Source: Lacibacter sp. (lineage in GTDB: Bacteria > Bacteroidota > Bacteroidia > Chitinophagales > Chitinophagaceae). From it: a stretch of 64,000 bases of DNA. The position numbers were made by a program, and so were the translations under genes. This document shows positions 56,291-64,000 of this stretch, piece after piece. The DNA is taken from positions 1,846,561-1,910,560 of the forward strand of contig CP051137.1 of NCBI GenBank assembly GCA_050916065.1, written 5' to 3'. Below the pieces are notes generated by a model. The model was not told the origin of the DNA and did not search any database. It worked only from the letters and a program-made list of their open reading frames with translations. Each line of letters opens with the position of its first letter. The stretch's first letter is position 1.

Positions 56291-59200
56291 TTAGCGCATA
56301 AGGTACATTTTTCCGTATCCACGGTTAAAGAACTGATCCGTTTGATCACCGGCTGCCTTGTACTGATCCAGTGACTGACCATTGAGGTTGGTGATGACAC
56401 GGTACAGATAAATGCCGTTTGCCAGTTTATTACCAAACTGATCGGTTCCATCCCATTTAAACTCGGTTATATTTCTTCCGATGCGGATGGGTCCTAATTC
56501 TTCTTTGGTAATTTCCCTGATTACTTTTCCTGTAACCGTTAATATCTGTATCCGTATGTTTTGAGGTACCTGCGAGCCCGTGAGTGTAAATACAAAGGCC
56601 GTTGAGGTAGTAAACGGATTGGGATAGTTAAGCAGGTTAGAGATCATCGGTTTATTGATTACCTGGAAGGCAACGTTATATTCCAACTCTCCGGCTTTGT
56701 TACCACTGCGGTCGTTACCGGAAACAGTGAGTTCATAATCACCATCAGCAAGGAAATTAGGATACAAGTCAACAGTAGCTGTATTTTCACCATTAGTTAA
56801 TGATGCAGGTGAGAAACGGGCTGAATCTGTTCCCAATTTAAACTCACGTATCACGCCGGGGTTGCCGGGATAGCGAACTTTAATCTTTAATCCGGTAGTA
56901 TCATTAAGCGCCATAAAACGGCTATCATCCTTTAGTTTGATAAGGATATGTGGTTTTGATGAAACGATATCCCTGTTGAGAATATGCACCCCGTCAAACG
57001 TAACATCCAACCATGGATTAATCTTATCTCCTTTTACATAAAAACTTTTGTACAAGAAGTTATTGAAGAGATATTGCTCAGGCTGGTCATTATCCGGGTT
57101 CACCATAAGATATAACAGATTATTTCCTTGTCTGTTCTTAGTATCAATGGTATAAGAAACAGTAATAGTATCTCCGGAAACTAATGGCTTTTTCTTCGGC
57201 AAATCAATAGTTACCGGTACGTTATTATTATCTGTGAGCACGAGTTTCAACTTCAAACTGTCGAACGCTGCTTCACTGATATTGCGGAAGGCAACTGAAA
57301 AATTCAAAGGCTCGCCTAACTCCAATGTATCTTTTGCTTTAAACAATACATTAGGAGCGATAGCACCTTCAGGATAAGCTGACCCTGTTAATCTCCAATA
57401 TTGTAACTGGTAAGGCGTAAGACTTATGTCGCCTTTAGAGTTTAATTTCATTTTCAGCTGAGGATACATTTTTGCATCGATAAATGAAAGTGATGTATCC
57501 TTGGCATTAGTTACTGTTGCCAGCTTATGCTCGGCACCCGCAGGAGTTTTTCCATACAATTCAAAGTAAACTGAATCATTTGGTTTTTGTCCTCCTTTGT
57601 AAAATCCGTCCCAAGTAAAGTTTTTCCATTCTTTTGATGGACCAAGCCATGGAGATTCAACAGATCCTTGTGTAAGTTTTGCCGGCAGGTCAACAATTAC
57701 ATCAATATAGTCGTTCTCATTTTCACCAATAAACTGCCTTAAAATCTGGGGATTTCCTTTTTCGTATAAGAATGCAAAGGGCAGGTTTTTAGTAAACTTA
57801 TTAATATCAGTCAAACCATTACGGATAAACGTATGATAAATACTCTTGCCCGAACCATATGTTAATGTATCGTTCTGCCATTGTTGTATGAACGCTGAGT
57901 TTGGATTTACAAAACCACCGCCCTGGCCAGTACCCTGATTTACAATTAAAACAATGGAACCTGCCGGAATAGAATCTTCAAGGAACAACCTTGCCCTGTT
58001 CCGGTATTCTTGAATTTCCATTGGGAATTCGAAAAACTTACGAACATAACCACCGCACATCGGATCAAGACTTCCAAATCTTCCACCAGGAGCATTTACC
58101 CAAGCTCTCAAACTCTTTGGTTCAAACACATAAATACTGAATACATTAAATGAACAACGCCAATTATCAACTACCTGCAGATCAAGAAACACGTAGTTAT
58201 GTATAGAACGGAAATAAGGGAAGAGGCCGGTCTTAATTGCCAGCTTACGACTAACAGATTTATAATCAAGCCCACGTGAAGAGCTATCCATCACCATATC
58301 ATTGAAATCATTCTTGGTAAACTGGTAAAAATGAGATTGGTTATAACCTGTATCAGAGGTACTTCTGTATACAAAACTATAGCCATTCCATACCACGGGA
58401 GTATTTGCATCAGGCTTAATACCAACACGCCAGTAATAAACGGTGTTGTTACTGAATGTAATACCGGATGGCTTAAATGCAATAGAACCACCTCCGGAAG
58501 TAACAGAGTCCTGCTTTCTGAATGCGGAATTGAATTTTTCAGTGGTATCAATTTCAAAGTAATATTTGCGCACTGATCCTAAAGGATTTGCAGTTGAAGC
58601 ATAATAAGTCAAATTCTGCTTATTAACAATGCCGAAGTTGTAAGGATAAGCAGGACGTACTTCATCTTCATAAATAAATATTTCCTTTACTACAGAATTA
58701 TTTGTTTCACACATTTCATCAATAGCACCATCACCATCAACAGTTACAATAATCTTATTCAATCCTTTATCTGTTAATGCGTTGATTGTAAAATCAATAT
58801 CAATGGAATCCGCAAAGGGAATGTATTTTACGTTTTTATTAAACACAGTTTGCCTGCTACCATTTGGAAACTCCCGTTGCACCTCAATTTTTACGGAATC
58901 ACCGGTAGCCCTTGCAGCATTAACAACTTTTATGTTGGCAGAGAATTTATTCTCAGCAATAGAAATAAACTGAGGAGCTATTTTAACATAAGAAGGTTTA
59001 ATAGCGTAGTCCGGTTTGGGTGTATGATAAAATGTTAATGCAGGATCTCCGTGTAACGTATTTTCTTCAACATGCATGCGCACATAAAAATCATAGATAG
59101 AAAAGCGGCTTATTAATGTATCAATTGTGTTTGTTAATATAGTCCCGATGCTTTTACCATAAGAATCCCTCACAAACTGGTTGTACACTTCCTCAGTATA

Positions 59201-61357
59201 AATATTGAGATATTGAACAATACCAAGGTGTGTACTGGCAATGAAGGCAATTGCACCTTTATCCGGACTTGAAACGATGTATTTTTCTGAAAGCGTATAA
59301 CTACCGTTGAACCTCATTGAATCGGCCAGGAAAAGGTTACCGGCATTACATCCGTTTACAAGGAAGATAGGGTATTTACCTGTAGCGGGATAGTTATCAG
59401 GATTATCAAGATTAAACTCGAGTGTATTGGCTGATGAGTGACCGAAATAAGTCAATAATTGAAATCCATTGGTAAACCTGTCATTTACGATTTCTCCGGA
59501 AAGCGTTTGAATGGTGGTAAGAGATGACTTCTGAAGCGTTGCAATATTAGCACCAAAAGAAGTATCCTGAGCAACCAGTTTATACTGACCAAGATGGTAC
59601 TGGATCTGATCACCGAGGTAATCATTAGCACCGCCAATATGCAAGGCTTTTTTCTTCCACAACTCATTATCCGGATCACAGGAAAAGTTTCTTTGCCATG
59701 TATCGTACTGTTTCAGCTTGTTAAGATACTCACCTACTTCTGTACCATCTACTACGTTTAAGCGGCCAATTGGAACTTTAGGAACCACATCGCCTTCATC
59801 TGCTGCTAAAATCATATCAGAGGAAGGGGTACCCCAGGTGGGCACAAGATTCATCCTGTTTGCAGCACTTCTGTTTTCAATAGCCCGAACGTTTGGCAGG
59901 GAAACCCCTTTACCAATCAATAGTGTGTACTTTGGATATACTGCAAACCGTTGGCGGGCGAAGCGTAAAAAATTTCTTATGGCCAGTGCATTGTATTTAA
60001 TACCCCAGCCAAACTGATCAATCAGTTCATTTACATCATACACTTTTGCGTTAAATCCACCACCGTTTACACTGCTGCGGTATAAACGGTATTCATTTAC
60101 CTGGTTAACGCCGTTATTATCGTTATAAACAAGCGGATTGGAAATCATGATATAATCCGCCTGGTTAGAGATATTTGAGTAATTGATAAAGTTACGCTGT
60201 GCAAAAGGAGTTGTTGATTTAATCTGGCCCGGATCAACGGAAGCCATTACCAATTCTCTTTCAGTGGCAGAAGGTGGTATTACCACACGATATTGATTAC
60301 CGCCTAATGATTGTGCTACAATCCGGAGGTTATTGGTGAGATCATACAATACAGGAGCAACACTGCCTCCGTTAAAATTGCTGATCACTAAATTATTTCC
60401 AACAGCACTTGCAGGCATTTTAAAAGGAAAAAAAGGAGAGCCTGCAAAATCAAAAACACGGGGGTAAGTAAATTCATACATACCTACCACCATCCTGTCA
60501 GTTGACTCGGGTGAGGTATTACGTATCTGAACAGTGGCTGAATTAGAACTGATGAGCGAATAAGGAACTGTTGTTTGATCTTTAACGATATTAAAGTAAT
60601 TCATTTCCCTGTCAGAGATCTGAGTGCCATTAATTGACACACGAACAGTTCTTGTATTCAATGCCCTGCCTGCCGCCGTATAGTAAAACGTGGCATCCGG
60701 ACCGTTAGGTGCAATACCTAAATTAGGAAATGAAAATGTAAACGGGTTTGCCGGTCTGAATTCAGTTGTAGAATAACCTTCGCCTGCATCATAGGAAGAA
60801 GAATACACATAGTCTCCCACTACAGCAGCAAAGCCCTGGTTATAAATATTTCTGAAACCCCAGCGGATTCTGTTCATGAAATACGGCTCTGCAGGTAATC
60901 CTGATGCAAGATTATTGGCTGTTTCAATAAGCCGTTTATTCGGAGTAAGTGTGTTCACAGTTAAAAACCATGTAACTGAGTCAGTAAAGACACTCACAAA
61001 AGGATTGATTTGTTTTTCCGGATCGAGGTACAAACGTTTTTCCCATTCGCCATCACTGGTTGCTCCCCAAAACTCGATAAACCCATTGGACGGCAGAGCG
61101 CCCGTAGGTACTGATGTATGAATGGCCACTTCCTGCCCATTGCGCCACAATTGAAAATGCTGTGCATTAACGGCACCTAAACCCGCAGCTGCTAATTGTG
61201 CCTGGGTAATACGGTGCACACCAAACTCACCGGTTCTGAATTTATAGTATGTTTTTCCATGGTCAATCCATTCATTCATAAAAGACTGAGCATCGGCATG
61301 GGCCGATGCAAGAAAAAACATGAGACTATAGAGTACAATTCTTTTCATGCTCTTCAT
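56291..61357 (-). CDS. C25 (gingipain/PorU-like) cysteine peptidase with T9SS C-terminal domain
   Basis: Signal peptide; LLIGKG, PIGRL, YFGHSS (His), NGCNAG (Cys), LHGDPA; CTD NYPNPF...WDGTD..G..LANGIYLYRV. Confidence 0.88.
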   Translation of the reverse strand: MKSMKRIVLYSLMFFLASAHADAQSFMNEWIDHGKTYYKFRTGEFGVHRITQAQLAAAGLGAVNAQHFQLWRNGQEVAIHTSVPTGALPSNGFIEFWGATSDGEWEKRLYLDPEKQINPFVSVFTDSVTWFLTVNTLTPNKRLIETANNLASGLPAEPYFMNRIRWGFRNIYNQGFAAVVGDYVYSSSYDAGEGYSTTEFRPANPFTFSFPNLGIAPNGPDATFYYTAAGRALNTRTVRVSINGTQISDREMNYFNIVKDQTTVPYSLISSNSATVQIRNTSPESTDRMVVGMYEFTYPRVFDFAGSPFFPFKMPASAVGNNLVISNFNGGSVAPVLYDLTNNLRIVAQSLGGNQYRVVIPPSATERELVMASVDPGQIKSTTPFAQRNFINYSNISNQADYIMISNPLVYNDNNGVNQVNEYRLYRSSVNGGGFNAKVYDVNELIDQFGWGIKYNALAIRNFLRFARQRFAVYPKYTLLIGKGVSLPNVRAIENRSAANRMNLVPTWGTPSSDMILAADEGDVVPKVPIGRLNVVDGTEVGEYLNKLKQYDTWQRNFSCDPDNELWKKKALHIGGANDYLGDQIQYHLGQYKLVAQDTSFGANIATLQKSSLTTIQTLSGEIVNDRFTNGFQLLTYFGHSSANTLEFNLDNPDNYPATGKYPIFLVNGCNAGNLFLADSMRFNGSYTLSEKYIVSSPDKGAIAFIASTHLGIVQYLNIYTEEVYNQFVRDSYGKSIGTILTNTIDTLISRFSIYDFYVRMHVEENTLHGDPALTFYHTPKPDYAIKPSYVKIAPQFISIAENKFSANIKVVNAARATGDSVKIEVQREFPNGSRQTVFNKNVKYIPFADSIDIDFTINALTDKGLNKIIVTVDGDGAIDEMCETNNSVVKEIFIYEDEVRPAYPYNFGIVNKQNLTYYASTANPLGSVRKYYFEIDTTEKFNSAFRKQDSVTSGGGSIAFKPSGITFSNNTVYYWRVGIKPDANTPVVWNGYSFVYRSTSDTGYNQSHFYQFTKNDFNDMVMDSSSRGLDYKSVSRKLAIKTGLFPYFRSIHNYVFLDLQVVDNWRCSFNVFSIYVFEPKSLRAWVNAPGGRFGSLDPMCGGYVRKFFEFPMEIQEYRNRARLFLEDSIPAGSIVLIVNQGTGQGGGFVNPNSAFIQQWQNDTLTYGSGKSIYHTFIRNGLTDINKFTKNLPFAFLYEKGNPQILRQFIGENENDYIDVIVDLPAKLTQGSVESPWLGPSKEWKNFTWDGFYKGGQKPNDSVYFELYGKTPAGAEHKLATVTNAKDTSLSFIDAKMYPQLKMKLNSKGDISLTPYQLQYWRLTGSAYPEGAIAPNVLFKAKDTLELGEPLNFSVAFRNISEAAFDSLKLKLVLTDNNNVPVTIDLPKKKPLVSGDTITVSYTIDTKNRQGNNLLYLMVNPDNDQPEQYLFNNFLYKSFYVKGDKINPWLDVTFDGVHILNRDIVSSKPHILIKLKDDSRFMALNDTTGLKIKVRYPGNPGVIREFKLGTDSARFSPASLTNGENTATVDLYPNFLADGDYELTVSGNDRSGNKAGELEYNVAFQVINKPMISNLLNYPNPFTTSTAFVFTLTGSQVPQNIRIQILTVTGKVIREITKEELGPIRIGRNITEFKWDGTDQFGNKLANGIYLYRVITNLNGQSLDQYKAAGDQTDQFFNRGYGKMYLMR

Positions 61358-61358
61358 T

Positions 61359-62474
61359 TTAATTCTTTTTAGCTTTATTATTCACAAGGTCGAGACGTAA
61401 GGATACGATATGTGTATACAGCGGATTAGACTGATTGGCAAGATTGGTAAACGCATAGTCCACAAAAAAGGATCCTCCCAGTTTAAAACCTGCACCTGCT
61501 GCCGGTTGATAAATCCAAACCTTTTTACGGTTCAGGGTATCACCATCCGCAAATGTTTTCTGGAAGTTGTAAATACCTCCTCTTACAAAGAATACATCTT
61601 TCAGGCTCAGCTCTGCTCCAATACGTGGATCACCATTGATGACATCAGAACTCAACAATGTATTTCTTCTGCCATCAAATGTTAAATCAAGATTGGCTTC
61701 AGCTTTCAGCTTTACTCCTTTACCCAATTGAAAATCGTAAGCACCACCTAATATTAAACGGGGTGCTGTTAACTCGGTAGATTTTACCGGTATTTCGTTA
61801 TTGGTTAAAAACAAAATTTCTTTTTCCCTTTCTGTAAATGAAAAACTCCAGCTGTTAAAGGTGGTGGTAATATCTCGTGCGGTTGCACCAACTGACCAGT
61901 TGCGGCCTTTCATCTGGATACCTGCATCCAAACCAAAGCCCCAGGAGTTGGCAAAACTTCCTACCACACGACGGATGACTTTGGCATTCACACCTACACT
62001 GATCAATTTATTATCCGTTTCTTTTACTGTTTGAGCTACAGAAAGCAGGAACGCCCAATCAGCACTGCTGAAGCTGCGGATATTAGCATAGTTCACGCTT
62101 CCGTCAGGCTCAATCAAATAAAGTGTATTGGGAATATCATCTACTGCAAAACGCAAAACAGAAAGACCAATGGTACGCTTGTTGTTTGCAACAGGTATTG
62201 CTAAACTTCCATAATCATATTTACCAATTCCTGCAAAATACTCTGCATGCATTAAAGAAAGAGAAGGATTATTTTTTACATGTGCAAGCCCGGCAGGGTT
62301 CCAGTAACCGGCTGTAGCATCACTAACTGAGGCTACCTGTGCACCACCCATCCCTAAGCCACGGGCACCTGCGCCAATATTTAAAAATTCATTGGAATAA
62401 ATACGAATCTGTGAAAAGGCATGCGTGCATACCAACAGAAGGGTAACGGAAAGATAGATGGATCGGGTAATCAT
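61359..62474 (-). CDS. PorV-family outer-membrane barrel (T9SS shuttle paralog)
   Basis: FLNIGAGARGLGMG, YWNPAGL, DYAF, HIVSL; start placed at MITRS. Confidence 0.85.
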   Translation of the reverse strand: MITRSIYLSVTLLLVCTHAFSQIRIYSNEFLNIGAGARGLGMGGAQVASVSDATAGYWNPAGLAHVKNNPSLSLMHAEYFAGIGKYDYGSLAIPVANNKRTIGLSVLRFAVDDIPNTLYLIEPDGSVNYANIRSFSSADWAFLLSVAQTVKETDNKLISVGVNAKVIRRVVGSFANSWGFGLDAGIQMKGRNWSVGATARDITTTFNSWSFSFTEREKEILFLTNNEIPVKSTELTAPRLILGGAYDFQLGKGVKLKAEANLDLTFDGRRNTLLSSDVINGDPRIGAELSLKDVFFVRGGIYNFQKTFADGDTLNRKKVWIYQPAAGAGFKLGGSFFVDYAFTNLANQSNPLYTHIVSLRLDLVNNKAKKN

Positions 62475-62687
62475 CCGGTCAGTTTTCAAATTAACAATTA
62501 GTTGTATAGAGTCTCTAAACGTGGCAAGAGCTGCTCCAACTGGTCAAAATTAGCCAATAAAGCTGCCATAGTCAAGTTTTGTTGAAGCTCTGTCCTAGGC
62601 GAAACGCTGATTTTCAAGGATTATTGTCTGATTTGTGGCAACAATAAAGAGCCTGCCCTACTTTTGCCGAAATTTCACTTGAAAATC

Positions 62688-63965
62688 ATGAATTTAATTG
62701 AAGAATTACGCTGGCGGGGTATGATACAGGATATGATGCCCGGAACGGAAGAGCAACTGAAGAAAGAAATGACCAGCGCTTATATCGGGTTTGATCCTAC
62801 GGCAGATAGCCTTCATATCGGAAGCCTTGTGCCTATTCTACTGCTCGTTCATTTTCAAAGAGCGGGGCATAAGCCCATTGCGCTGGTGGGAGGTGCAACC
62901 GGCATGATTGGCGACCCCAGCGGTAAAAGCCAGGAACGTAACCTTTTAGATGAAGTCACCCTTCAAAAAAACGTAGCCGGTATTAAAGCACAGTTGGAAA
63001 AATACCTGGATTTCAGCAGTTCCAACCCTAATGCTGCGGAAATGACCAATAACTATGATTGGTTCAAAGGCATTTCTTTTATTGACTTTTTAAGAGATAC
63101 CGGTAAGCACATTACCATCAACTACATGATGGCTAAGGACAGTGTGAAAAAACGCATTGAAAGTGAAGTGGGACTAAGTTATACGGAGTTTGCTTACCAG
63201 CTAATGCAAGGGTATGATTTTCTGTGGCTCTATCAACATAAAAACTGCAAACTCCAGATGGGCGGAAGTGACCAGTGGGGAAACATCACCACCGGTACCG
63301 AACTCATCCGTAGAAAAACGGGTGGCGAAGCATTTGCCTTTACCTGTCCGCTGATAAAAAAAGCAGATGGTACCAAGTTTGGAAAAACAGAACAAGGCAA
63401 TGTATGGCTGGATGCATCTAAAACTTCTCCCTACCAGTTTTATCAATTCTGGCTCAATGCCAGCGATGTAGATGCAGAAAGCTGGATTAAAATCTTTACG
63501 CTGCTTTCCAAAGAAGAAACTTTTGCGTTGATTGATGTACACAAAGCAGATGCCTCCAAACGCATCCTTCAAAAAAAGCTGGCGGAAGAAGTAACCCGTT
63601 TCATTCATGGTGAAGAAGCATTGCAGGAAGCCATAACGACTACTGAAAAATTATTTGCCAATCAAAATGCACCCGCTGAAAGTTTAAGTGAAGCTGATCT
63701 TGAAAGCATGGAAGGTGTTGTGAAGATGGAGTATGCAGTTTCCAGGATTCATGAAGGAGTTGATATTGTTTCCTTCCTGGCAGAAACAGGCATCTTTTCC
63801 AGTAAAGGCGAAGCAAGAAAAATGGTACAGGGCGGTGGTGTAAGCATCAACCGTAAAAAAGCTGAAGGCATTGAATTGAAAATCGAAACATCGCTTTTAT
63901 TGCATAACAAATACCTGTTGGTACAGAAAGGAAAAAAGAATTACTACCTGGTGCAGGTTATTTAA
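62688..63965 (+). CDS. tyrS: Tyrosyl-tRNA synthetase
   Basis: [31 protein letters not shown]4 domain; start placed at MNLIEE. Confidence 0.98.
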   Translation: MNLIEELRWRGMIQDMMPGTEEQLKKEMTSAYIGFDPTADSLHIGSLVPILLLVHFQRAGHKPIALVGGATGMIGDPSGKSQERNLLDEVTLQKNVAGIKAQLEKYLDFSSSNPNAAEMTNNYDWFKGISFIDFLRDTGKHITINYMMAKDSVKKRIESEVGLSYTEFAYQLMQGYDFLWLYQHKNCKLQMGGSDQWGNITTGTELIRRKTGGEAFAFTCPLIKKADGTKFGKTEQGNVWLDASKTSPYQFYQFWLNASDVDAESWIKIFTLLSKEETFALIDVHKADASKRILQKKLAEEVTRFIHGEEALQEAITTTEKLFANQNAPAESLSEADLESMEGVVKMEYAVSRIHEGVDIVSFLAETGIFSSKGEARKMVQGGGVSINRKKAEGIELKIETSLLLHNKYLLVQKGKKNYYLVQVI

Positions 63966-64000
63966 TGGATTTGAGCTGGTTCCATAGCTGTTGAGCCACC

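Overview
Mostly core-genome DNA from a Bacteroidota bacterium, probably Chitinophagaceae-like (TAnnTTTG promoter boxes, T9SS genes, rpsU-xerC-hpf-tRNA-tuf synteny). It carries the tuf-secE-nusG-rplKAJL-rpoBC cluster, six tRNAs, fmt, rnhA, rsmF-like, pntAB, folA/thyA, lysC, ispD, riboflavin synthase, tyrS, a two-photolyase cluster and a C25-peptidase/PorV-like pair. I see no CRISPR array, prophage or transposase. The main unexplained structure is sub-genic. (1) A dispersed ~50-80 bp intergenic element (core GTACAAGAGTGCGACGCAAC) occurs in four copies in both orientations, one split by a 24-nt insert. (2) Many sequence-diverse degenerate 7-bp tandem arrays occur, some as inverted pairs and some translated inside fmt and rsmF. 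(3) A three-gene insert (spondin lipoprotein, H1-like protein, TylF-like methyltransferase) splits nusG from rplK, with the methyltransferase bracketed by identical 27-bp inverted hairpins. Also notable are a standalone HARE-HTH gene among the photolyases and a GT2 with degenerate catalytic motifs. All calls come from reading sequence and motifs; no database searches were run.
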